A DNA stretch of 64,000 nt from an uncultured delta proteobacterium. GTDB taxonomy: Bacteria; Myxococcota; Kuafuiibacteriia; Kuafuiibacteriales; Kuafuiibacteriaceae. Shown piece by piece: positions 30,701 to 39,264 of this stretch. The stretch spans positions 512,001-576,000 of the forward strand of contig CAWDML010000001.1 in NCBI GenBank assembly GCA_963803435.1, read 5' to 3'. The notes beneath the pieces were generated by a model. It did not search any database. It was not told the DNA's origin and saw only the letters and a list, made by a program, of their open reading frames with translations. The position numbers and the translations under genes are program-made. Position 1 is the stretch's first letter; every line of letters starts with the position of its first letter.

Positions 30701-31395
30701 GATCGCGCGAGCCCTCGCTCCGGGCCGGCGCGGTGGAGGCGTTGGGCCGGATCGGCACCGGCGCGGCGCGCACCGAGATCGCGCTCTGCGCCGAGGATCC
30801 CTCGGAGCTGGTCCGCACGTCGGTGGTTCGCGCCCTGGGCCGGCGGGCCGACGGCGCCCTCCGCGAGCGCCTGCTCCAGATGGCGCACGATCCCTCGCTC
30901 GAGGTGCGGCGTCAGCTGGCCGACTCCGTGAAGGACCGCGAGACCGAGCTCGCCGTGGTGCTCGCCGAACGACTGGCGGACGATCCGGAGCAGGACATCC
31001 GAGCGCGCGCACTCCGCTCGCTGGCCGCCGCCGACGATGCGAGCGCGCTGGTCCGGTTCGTCGAGATGGCCAAGGCGGCGCCCGTCGACGTGCAAGCTCT
31101 CCTCCAATCGACCCCTGCGGACCACGCCGCCACCGTTGCCGCCGTCTCCGCGCTCCTAGAGCGCCGGCTCCCCGCGGAGCGCATGACCGCGCTCGAGGCC
31201 ATTCAGGTGCTGGGCGCGCTCACGCCCGAGCGTCTGGAGTCGTCCTTCGCCGATCCGTCGCCCGACGTCCGCGTCAGGGCGGTCGAGCTCGCCACCGACG
31301 CGAGCGGAGAAGCGCTCGAGCGCCTCCTGCGGGATCCCGACCAGCGCGTGCGCGACGCCGCTCGGCGCCACCGGCTCCAGGTGGTGGCGGATTAG
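27757..31395 (+). CDS. Membrane-anchored large HEAT/PBS-lyase repeat protein
   Basis: N-terminal TM; many D..VR..A..ALG repeats over 1212 aa. Confidence 0.9.
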   Translation: MTDPLDIALYVAAGGVVLTVLLLLGFGARRTLSGLMVSRLERRIAHADAILTKAMEENFGTMDRLLFQLGEIRDQRAVEAALEKLLDKNDSRLEVPLSQLFRSLGLIDRYLEQVRKASKWTERAGAARALGKLGVVDAVPLLVAVMRDPQEDARSVKQAAARALGELRAPEAIPLLMKELETRDEWASPRLADILVSFGETAVPQLLESLVDEAHANSRAWAAQVLGKIGSQRAVAPLLQRLHDRSEQVRMAVAEALGALGDRRATNELVQIALRDPVGTVRAEAARALGQMRDESVLETLVTLLADPDYWTRLRTIEAIELLKPEDPTALDSALRDPSPEVRKRAAVALQRIGVLDQRVEELAGNDRGIVDRAMRTLIEMGRAGLIESILAHLEHPSLRVRSRITEVLGRVGDQYAVPALLPLLGDIEWPVRVRAVEAVGQLALGSGPGEGAYDGVQLLVPLLSDPEENVRSAAVAAIRSLGLGENPEGLAAVLRLYDTDNAEVRASVLETVGSLALPEVDDLLHRALLDPNHEVRLRAIRSVEQRPSPDWEAELVDQLGDPEFGGRPDAVRVLGRIGTPEAIEAVIKNLDTPDRKLREALTDVLAAKGVDHLLEKVGSTDREEVELAMIWALGKTGEPSAIVHVVNRAEHPSADVRAAVCGALAKLGGETSLSILERLARDRSERVRAAASNALGSLGIDAAVPALAAATRDPDRFVRNRALLALGRTGTRRAREALAVLPEGPLEDDAHLYLLIARVLAQVPSALEAAIGALTTRGVERRIKRILSDESEELGARFRQLLRIETRDIEVETLALEYVETLQNSQSADERASAVRALAVLDVHRYQERLFDTIRTDPDDGVRRLAVMAFSEVEIDGELEHILIDTLRDPSVTVQIEAARGLTRLASPTHNDRLLRTFLTRDPELAEVVTEALVEANSGRTADFIDQLMGYSDLPIQVGAAGVLGRLAEPAAARLLTAWCRSREPSLRAGAVEALGRIGTGAARTEIALCAEDPSELVRTSVVRALGRRADGALRERLLQMAHDPSLEVRRQLADSVKDRETELAVVLAERLADDPEQDIRARALRSLAAADDASALVRFVEMAKAAPVDVQALLQSTPADHAATVAAVSALLERRLPAERMTALEAIQVLGALTPERLESSFADPSPDVRVRAVELATDASGEALERLLRDPDQRVRDAARRHRLQVVAD

Positions 31396-31471
31396 CTTAG
31401 AGCCGGTCCAGAAACCGTTCCGTTCGCAGTTTGCTGTTTCGTCGTTCTGTCATTCGCTGTTCGATCCGGCG

Positions 31472-31555
31472 ATGAAGGGCGATGACATCGCAGAACGACT
31501 GCTCAAGTTTGCGAAGTCGGCGCGCCGCCGAGCGGGGGGCGGGCTCGACTCATGA
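31472..31555 (+). pseudogene. Possible internally deleted four-helix-bundle (23S IVS-like/bAvd-like) protein remnant
   Basis: MKGDDIAERLLKFAKSARRRAGGGLDS*; N-terminus resembles four-helix-bundle proteins (from memory); preceded by degenerate T-rich 7-mers. Confidence 0.35.
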
Positions 31556-31789
31556 TCCGTGCGACTCACGGGGAGCTTGAGGATCTCTACAATCTGGTCG
31601 ACCACCTCGCGCGCTCCAACACGCTGAGCCGCGGCAAGGTCGAGGAGCTCGTGAACCTCGCAGCCAGCTTGTCGGCCGCGCTCGACGAGGCAAGCCCCGG
31701 CTAACGCGGTTCGTGAACGGCTTACGCTCGAACCATCCCCAGACCCAACTGAACGAAATGATGGATGGCCGCATCATCGCGTTCCTGCA

Positions 31790-32489
31790 AATGTGGACGG
31801 CACACCGAGGCCCAACGCTCAGAGGAACTTCACCGACTCAGACAGCAGGATCATGTTGAAGGAGGGAGCGTACCTCCAGGCCTACAATGCCCAAGTTGTC
31901 GTAGATGAGCACGCTCAGGTGATTGTCGCCGAAGGGGTCAGCAACCAGGCACCTGATCAGACACCTCGTCCCGATGCTCCGTGATGTGTTTCGGCAACTG
32001 CGGCGATGCTCCGCGGAAGATGACGGCAGACAACGGCTATCTGAGCGCGACCAACATCGAATTCTGCGACAACAATCAGATCGATGCCACATCGCTGTTG
32101 GACGCGAACAGAACCAAGACGCGTCGACTCCGTCCTCATCAGCTTCGGAGCCCACACCTGCCTCGCTCGCTCGCAAGCGAATGCGAGACAAGTTGCAAAC
32201 GCGCGACGGCAAGGCGGTCTACCCCCGCAGGAAGAGTATCGTCGAACCGGCGCTCGGACAGATCAAAGGGGCACGAGGATTCCGCCGGTTCTCGCTACGC
32301 TCCTTCTTCAAGGTACGAGCCGAGGGGACGCTCGTCTGCCTCACCCACAACCTGCTCAAGCTCTACCGATCGAAGCTCGCGACCGTCGCGAGCGTCTGAC
32401 TCAAGGCAGCCATCTTCAAATCGGGACCCGGAACGGGCCCGGGACCCGGACCGGGGTCGCGTGAGCGCTTACGCGCTACACGCTCCTAG
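31790..32489 (+). mobile_element. Degenerate IS1182-family transposase remnant (C-terminal DDE region, several frameshifts)
   Basis: TDSDSRIM..YNAQ, ADNGY, Y.RRKSIVEPALGQIK..RGFRRFSLR and HNLLKL split over three frames; lower GC; probable right end ...ACACGCTCCTAG. Confidence 0.82.
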
Positions 32490-32565
32490 GAGACCTGCTC
32501 CAAGAGAAGCGTGACAAGATGGACGACTCTTTGGTGCTTCGGGCGACCGCTGGGGCTCACAGTTT

Positions 32566-33090
32566 TCAAGTGCGAGCCGACGCAATCAGTGCGCCCTCGA
32601 CGTATCCGAGCTCGCCCGTCTCGGCGCGCGCGACCATCCAACCAACCGCCGCGTCAATCTCCGGATACGTCACCAGCCTCGCGCCCGCACGCAGCTCGGC
32701 CACCACCGGAGCGCGCACGTCGGCGCGAAGCCGAAGCGTCGCGTCCTGGTCGAGTGTGATCATTCGACCAATCTCCCGTCCCGACCCCGCGTCGCGCAGC
32801 GCTCGCCTCGCCTCCACCGCCAGCCGGACCGAGAAGTCCCAAGTGGCCGTCCACATGGAGGCCGCGGTCCGCGCGAGACGGCGGCTGCGGGCGGAGAGCG
32901 TGCTCTGCGAATGATCGAGCTCGGCCAGCACCTCTTCCTCGGGGCGGACGCGCTCGGGGTGCGTCTGGATGAACTCGGTGGGCGGCGGTCGACCGACCTG
33001 ACGGATGCGCGCACCGGCCTCTTCCTGACGCGGCCCGAAGTCTTCTGTCTTCAGGTCGAGGAATTGGGTGGGGACCCGCTTCTCCGCCAT
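32566..33090 (-). CDS. Hypothetical protein with C-terminal SH3-like domain
   Basis: LRLRADVRAPVVAELRAG...GWMVA...GELGYV resembles a bacterial SH3. Confidence 0.5.
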   Translation of the reverse strand: MAEKRVPTQFLDLKTEDFGPRQEEAGARIRQVGRPPPTEFIQTHPERVRPEEEVLAELDHSQSTLSARSRRLARTAASMWTATWDFSVRLAVEARRALRDAGSGREIGRMITLDQDATLRLRADVRAPVVAELRAGARLVTYPEIDAAVGWMVARAETGELGYVEGALIASART

Positions 33091-33102
33091 GCTACCTCTT
33101 CC

Positions 33103-33936
33103 TTACCGCACCCGGGCGCTCACCAACCAGACCGACGCCGGGAGGAAGACGCCACGCTCGCCGACATAGGGCGAAAGCGCCCGGGAGAGCCCGTCCAGGA
33201 GCTCGCCGGCCTGCGGGGATGCGAGGCGGGCGAAGAGCTCCCGACCGTCGGTCTTGACGAAGAAGTCGACCGCGTCGTCCAGGTCGGCGCCGACACACAG
33301 CGGTGCGTCGATGGACTCCATCCGGACGCGCTCGAAGCCGGCGCGCTCCAGAATCGCCACGATCCGTCGTGGATCCGCCAGGACAAACGGCGCCGTCGGA
33401 TAGGGCGTGCGGCCGACGAGCCGATTCACCACGCGCACCGGGAGCGCCGCCCAGACGTTTCGCTCCAGCTCGCGAGGAGCGAGGAAGCTGAGGCGTCCTC
33501 CTGAGCGGAGCGCGCCGGCGAGGTGAGCATGCGCGGCGACCGGATCGGGGAAGAAGAGGTTGCCGAGACGGCTGATGACGGCGTCGGCGTGGCTCGCGGC
33601 GTACGCGTGGTGCCCGGCGTCGGCCGTCGTGAACTCCACATTGCGAAAACCTTCGGCGCGCGCGCGCGCCCTGGCGACGGTGATCGCGCTGGCGTCGATG
33701 TCGACGCCCATCACGCGTCCGGACGCGCCCACGATGGCCGCCGCCTCGAGCGTGCTGCCCCCGGCGCCACACCCGACGTCCACCACCATCGATCCCGCCC
33801 GGATCTCCGAGGCCTCGATCGCCAGCCGGCCCAGCCCGCCCAACATGCGATCGAAGCGAAACCACTCCTCGGCCACCGGTGTCCGTCTCGCGCTCTCTTC
33901 CCGCTCCAGCGTCGTCGTCTGCATGACCGCGACCAT
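33103..33936 (-). CDS. Class I SAM-dependent methyltransferase
   Basis: VVDVGCGAG, GVDID, SRLGNLFFPDP, LRSGGRL. Confidence 0.85.
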   Translation of the reverse strand: MVAVMQTTTLEREESARRTPVAEEWFRFDRMLGGLGRLAIEASEIRAGSMVVDVGCGAGGSTLEAAAIVGASGRVMGVDIDASAITVARARARAEGFRNVEFTTADAGHHAYAASHADAVISRLGNLFFPDPVAAHAHLAGALRSGGRLSFLAPRELERNVWAALPVRVVNRLVGRTPYPTAPFVLADPRRIVAILERAGFERVRMESIDAPLCVGADLDDAVDFFVKTDGRELFARLASPQAGELLDGLSRALSPYVGERGVFLPASVWLVSARVR

Positions 33937-34007
33937 AACGACCGCCCGTCACGCGTCAGTCAGGCGTCCGTGAAGAAGTGTGAAGCGGGGCATGCTAGGT
34001 TCCTCGC

Positions 34008-34853
34008 ATGAGCGATCTTCGCGGGAAGGTAGCCCTCGTCACCGGCGCCAACACCGGGATCGGCCGAGAGACGGCACGTGCACTGGCAAGGATGGGCATC
34101 GAGGTGATCCTCGCCTGCCGCGATCGAGCCAAGACGGAGCCGGTCCTCGAGGCGATCAGACGTGAGATCCCGGACGCCAAGGTCGAGTTCATCGAGCTCC
34201 ACCTCGACGCGCTGGCCTCGGTCCGTCAGGCCGCCCAGGCCTTCCTCGCTTCCGGGCGATCCCTCCACATCCTCATCAACAACGCGGGGCTCGCCGGCAA
34301 GCGCGGCCGCACCGAGGACGGCTTCGAGCTGGCCTTCGGCGTCAACCACCTGGGGCACTTTCTCCTCACGGAGCTGCTGCTCGATCGGATCAGGGCGTCG
34401 GCGCCCGCGCGCATCGTCAATGTCGCCAGTGCCTCTCACTATAGCGCCAAGGCGATCGACTTCGACGCGGTGCGAGCGTACACGCGTTCGCGCACCGGGC
34501 TCGACGAGTACGGCGTCTCGAAGCTCGCCAACGTGCTCTTCACCAAGGAGCTGGCACGACGCCTCGAGGGTACCGGCGTGACCGTATATTCGCTCCACCC
34601 GGGCGTGGTCGCGTCCGACGCCTGGCGTCAGGTTCCCTGGCCGATCCGCCCGTTGATCAAGGCGTTCATGATCGACGAGGAGAAGGGCGCGAGGACCACG
34701 ATCCACTGCGCGACCTCGGACGCGGTGAAGAACGAGAGCGGTCGCTACTACGACGGCTGCAAGGAGCGGCGGCCCAGCCGCCTCTCCCAGGACGAGGCGC
34801 TGGCCGCACGCCTGTGGGAACAGAGCGAGACCTGGGTTCGAGCTCAGAAGTAG
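34008..34853 (+). CDS. SDR oxidoreductase (retinol dehydrogenase-like)
   Basis: TGANTGIG, NNAG, NHLGHFLLT, YGVSK, HPG. Confidence 0.92.
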   Translation: MSDLRGKVALVTGANTGIGRETARALARMGIEVILACRDRAKTEPVLEAIRREIPDAKVEFIELHLDALASVRQAAQAFLASGRSLHILINNAGLAGKRGRTEDGFELAFGVNHLGHFLLTELLLDRIRASAPARIVNVASASHYSAKAIDFDAVRAYTRSRTGLDEYGVSKLANVLFTKELARRLEGTGVTVYSLHPGVVASDAWRQVPWPIRPLIKAFMIDEEKGARTTIHCATSDAVKNESGRYYDGCKERRPSRLSQDEALAARLWEQSETWVRAQK

Positions 34854-37802
34854 AATCCAACCCAGCGAGACGTTGGTGACCGGCGCGTCGTCCGTCGGCT
34901 TCGGCACGCCGATGCCGATCGGCCAGGCAAAGTGGATCCGAAGGACCAGCGGCCCGATGAGAATGTTGAGCCCGACCGCGACGTCGAGAACGCGTCGATC
35001 CCAGAGCTCGGCGGGACGTTCGGCGACGCCGCCGAAGTCGAGCCCGACGATCCCCTCGAGGCCGAAGATCGCAGTCCGCAAGATCGGATCGAGCGGCACC
35101 TGGAGCTCGCTGGTGACGAACCAGTAGTAACGCCCGAGCAGATAGTCGGTGTTGTCGAGGTCGACGCCCCGGAGGGTGTACCAGCTCCAGAGGAAGAACT
35201 CGCGGGCGTCTTTGCCGCCGACGGACGCGCCGGCGCTCCCGCGGAGCATCACGTTCATCGCGCCCCACAGCGGGAAGAACTGCTCCGCGTCGAGCCGAAA
35301 CACCGACTCGACGTGGCTGTCGAACGGGCGTGCGGTGAGAGTGGCGTCCAGGATCGCAGAGTTTCCGGCGATCGGCCCGGTCGACGGGTGGTAGCGGACG
35401 GTGTCGTAGCCGATCCGACCCGTCAGCTCGGTCTGGAACTGCACGCGGTCCTTCACCGGCTCGAGCCCGATCAGATCGGCATCGATGCCCTGCGCGCCGC
35501 CGACCGAGAGTCCGGCCTGAAGGAAGAGGAAGCGGCTGATCGGATAGCGCAGGATGCCCTGCGCCCCGAAGAAGCGCTCCGCGAAGGAGGTGACCTCGCC
35601 TGCGCGACGCGTCGAGCGAATGCGCAGCTCCTGGAAGATCCCGGTTCCCCACTCGGTGCGGTTCTCCTGGTTGAAGTAGAAGAGCTGGCCGTCGATCAGA
35701 TCGATGCGACCGGTGATCTGGATGTTGGCGACGAGGACGTGATCGCGCAGGAAGTCGGTGGCCGAGGCGAAGAGCAGGCCGTAGACACCGCCCGCACCGG
35801 CGCCGAGCAGCCCGAAGATGTTGCCGAGCTCCCAGCTGGAGAGGGCCAGCGGATCGTAGCGCTCCGCCTGCGTCAGCGAGACCGTGGCGCTGGCGGCGGC
35901 CGGCAGCATCGGATCGAGCGCCCGTCTCTCCACGGTGAGCAGGTCGCCGGCGGTCAGATGCACCGGGCGCCGGCGACCGGCGTGGTGCAGCATCGCCCAG
36001 ACGCCGCCGTCCTTTCCCGGCCCCACCTCGAACAGACCGGTGACCACGTCGGTGACGCGAACCGTGTAGCCGCGCTCGACCTGGTAGAGGTTCGCGGCGC
36101 CGTTCTGGTAGGCGGTGAAGAGCACGCGCCCGTCCGGGAGCGCCTCGGGGAGCTCCTCGTCGATCGGCTCGGAGGTGAGGCGGGTGACGGTCGCGGTGCG
36201 AATGTCGTGGATGCGGAAGAGGTTGAACCGACCGTGTGAGGTAGCGTCGCTGTTGTAGACGATGCCATCCCGGTTCCACGAGACGGTGCGCTCGGCGTAG
36301 TCGTCGTTGGTCAGGCGCACCACCTCCTCCGACGACAAATCGAGGACGAACACGTCGCGCCGACCGGCGGTGTCGAGCCCGACGAACGCGACGCTCCCGC
36401 CGTCGGGAGCGAGCGCGGTGGAGAACACCGCCAGGATGCCGTAGCGATCGAGCGCGAAGCTGCGGTCGTACCCGGCTGCCAGCGAGATCCGCCAGGCGTC
36501 CCGCTTGCCGAGGAGCACGAGCTTCTCGGCCTGGTGGTCGATCCTCTGCACGTGGATCTCGTCTGCGCCGTCCTTCTCGGCCACGTACACCAGCTGATCG
36601 TTCGAGAGCGTGAAGTCCCGCCCGGAGGTGGGATGGAGCGACTCGATCCCGGGGACGCCGTCCGCCGCCACCGTCACAGTGTCGTCGGGCGCGCGCTCGT
36701 CGAGGAGCAGCAGACGGCTCTGGCCGGTCTCGACCGTGTAGGTGCGGATCATGAGCAGCCGCCCGTTCGGCGAGCTGGCCATCGAGAGCGTCAGCAGGTC
36801 GGGGTCGAGCGCCACCGGATCGAACGCGGCCAGCCCCTGATCGGCGGCGAGGAACGCGCGATAGGCGCGGCGCTTGATCCACTCGGCGAACCCGGCGGCG
36901 AGCTCGGTGGCGCTGGCGCCGGTCACCTCGGTCACCAGCTCCGCGAACGAGTCGAGGCGAGGTGTCAGATCGGTGCCGGTGACCAACCGCGCGCCTGCTT
37001 CGATGATCCGCTGCACCGTCCCCTCACCGTAGACGTCGTCGAGGAACGCGCACCGCACCTGGCCGAGCTTGTAGGTCCACAGCCCCGAGAACGGGCGGTC
37101 GGCGAAGAAGTCCAGCATCGCGTACCCGATCTCGGGATCCGGGTTCACGGCCAGGTCGCGCGCGAGCATCTCCGCCTCCTGATCGATCCCGCGCTTCGCG
37201 TAGTACTCGGCGAGGCCCTCGACGAACCAGAGCGGCATCTGACGCAGCGGATCACCGCGCACGTCGAGCTCCCGCGCCATCGACCTCACCTTGTCGATCG
37301 TGAACTGGTGGGCCATCTCGTGGGCGGAGACCTCACCGAACAGACGATCATCGCCGAAGTACGGCAAGGTCAGCTTGAGATCCTCGGTGCTGGTGATGCC
37401 GAGGACGCCCTCCTGCACGGGGAACAGGTTCGTGGTCAGGAACTCGCGGTAGCTGCTGTAGAGGACGTAGGGGAGCTCGTGATCGGGCAGGTGGCTGAAG
37501 CGGCAGGCCAGCTCCCGGTAGACCGTGCTGATCTGGGGCGCCGCCCGCTCGGCGACGCTCCGCTCGCCCTCGTAGAAGTAGAGCCGGACGCCCGGCGACT
37601 CGCCCTTGGGACAGGCTTCGTCGATCCGCATCCGTGCGACGTCGTGCTGGATCCGACCTACCGCCAGATCGAGGTGCTGCCAGTCGAAGACGGTGTGGCG
37701 GACCCGGCTCTGACCCGCCCGCCGCGGCGCCACCACCAGCTGCCCGGACGCAGTGATCGGCCAGAGCGACAGCGCGAGCACGACGACGGCCTCGACCTTC
37801 AT
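34844..37802 (-). CDS. Omp85-family protein: N-terminal gluzincin (HEMAH), PD40/TolB propeller, C-terminal beta-barrel; +1 frameshift at the C-terminus
   Basis: Signal MKVEAVVVLALSL; HEMAH...PLWFVEGLAEY; TLRG; LRIHFAWP. Removing one T at GATTCT (34852-34857) gives a terminal LGWIYF*. Confidence 0.8.
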
Positions 37803-37816
37803 CCGGGTGCTCGAGC

Positions 37817-39193
37817 CTAACGCAGCTTGAGCCCCAGGAGCACGGCGATCAGCCCGTAGCCGAGCGAGGCCGGGATCGCGAGAAGCCAAGCGAGCGGCAC
37901 GTCGCGCAGCAGGTAGAGGAAGACGATCGCGAGCGCGCAGGCGAAGGTGGCGCGCAGCCACAGCGAGAAGGAGAGACGGACCTCGTGCCGGTGGGTCGCG
38001 CGGAGGGCCAACAGCAGGGCGACGCAGTAACAGGCGTGCCCCGCGGCGCCGGCCGCCACCACGCCGAACAACCCCCACCGCTCACCGAGGGGATAGAGGG
38101 CAGCGGCGAGCAACGCGAGCGTGACGATCTGCGCGACCATGATCGCCCTGCTCTTCCCTTCGGCGACGGTGTACTGGAGCAGCGTGGTCTCCACGGCGCC
38201 CGCAGGCAGCGCCAGCGTCGACAAGAGGAGAACGGACGGCACCTCGGGATACTTGTGCGCCAGGCCGAACAGCTCGAGGATCATCGGAGAGGCGCCGGCG
38301 GAGGCGATCCCGAGGAGTGGGAACAGGAGGAGCGCCAGGCTGAGCGCGCGCTCGTAGACGCGGCTCCGCTCCTCGCCGGCACGCACCAGCCCGGGGAGCG
38401 CGGCCTGCCCGAACAGCTCGGATGGCTTCACGGCCAGCTTCTGGATCTGCTCGCCCATGGAGAGCGCCGCCAACCCGGGCGAGCCCAGCACCACGCGGGT
38501 GAAGCTGCCGACGACGCTGTCGCGGACCGTGTAGACCTCGCCCGCGATCCAGAGCGGCCACCCGAACGCGGCGATCCGGCGCAGGAAGTCGCGGTCGACC
38601 ACCGCCCGGACGGCACCGAGGATCGGAACCTCGAGCACGCGCGCCAGGAACCAGAAGCAGAAGAGCGCGGTGACCGCCAGCCCCAGAAAGTCGCCGAAGA
38701 TCAGCGCCGCGTCGGCGTCGCTCAGCGTGATGAAGGCGAGCTGAGACAACGACTTCGACAGCGAGGCGACCACGATCAGCCGAGCCTCGTACTTTCCGTC
38801 GAAGCGACTCCGCACGACCGAGCGCGTCCAGTTGAAGAAGGAGATCAGCGGGATCGCCAGCGCCGCCAGGGCCAGCCTGTTTCCGGCGAACCAGGCGACC
38901 ACCGGGGCGACGAGCGCCGCGAGGAGGATCAGCGCGAAGAGACCGCGGTAGGCGAGCGCGGCGAAGCGGAGCCGATCCTCGCCCTCCGCGCCGAAGCGCT
39001 GGATCGTCTGGTTCGCGCCCGAGGTCGCGATGGTCATCCCGATCGAGTAGATGAGAACGTACGTCGCATAGTCCCCGAACGCCTCGCGAGAGCGCTCGCG
39101 CGCACCGAGCATGCCGACCAGGAATGTGAAGAGGGCGACAGCTGCGTTCGCGCCCAGCAGGTAGCCCAAGTACTGCAGGATCCGCCGGAGCAC
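37817..39193 (-). CDS. Wzx/MOP-family oligosaccharide flippase
   Basis: About 12 TM helices, EAFGDYA, FGWPLW, GLFGVVAA; GTG start inferred. Confidence 0.72.
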   Translation of the reverse strand: MLRRILQYLGYLLGANAAVALFTFLVGMLGARERSREAFGDYATYVLIYSIGMTIATSGANQTIQRFGAEGEDRLRFAALAYRGLFALILLAALVAPVVAWFAGNRLALAALAIPLISFFNWTRSVVRSRFDGKYEARLIVVASLSKSLSQLAFITLSDADAALIFGDFLGLAVTALFCFWFLARVLEVPILGAVRAVVDRDFLRRIAAFGWPLWIAGEVYTVRDSVVGSFTRVVLGSPGLAALSMGEQIQKLAVKPSELFGQAALPGLVRAGEERSRVYERALSLALLLFPLLGIASAGASPMILELFGLAHKYPEVPSVLLLSTLALPAGAVETTLLQYTVAEGKSRAIMVAQIVTLALLAAALYPLGERWGLFGVVAAGAAGHACYCVALLLALRATHRHEVRLSFSLWLRATFACALAIVFLYLLRDVPLAWLLAIPASLGYGLIAVLLGLKLR

Positions 39194-39264
39194 CCGCTCA
39201 CGCTTGTACCAACCGCACGCTCGCTTGCCCATCGGCCCGCTCTGACGTGTCCCCGTTGGCGACC

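Noticed and set aside
31550-31790. Short ORFs in the lower-GC scar
   Set aside because: No recognisable motifs or RBS; probably decayed mobile DNA.
33960-34843. Apparent C-terminal extension of the 1372-aa ORF overlapping the SDR gene
   Set aside because: Read-through caused by the +1 base at 34852-34857; correction gives a stop at 34844.
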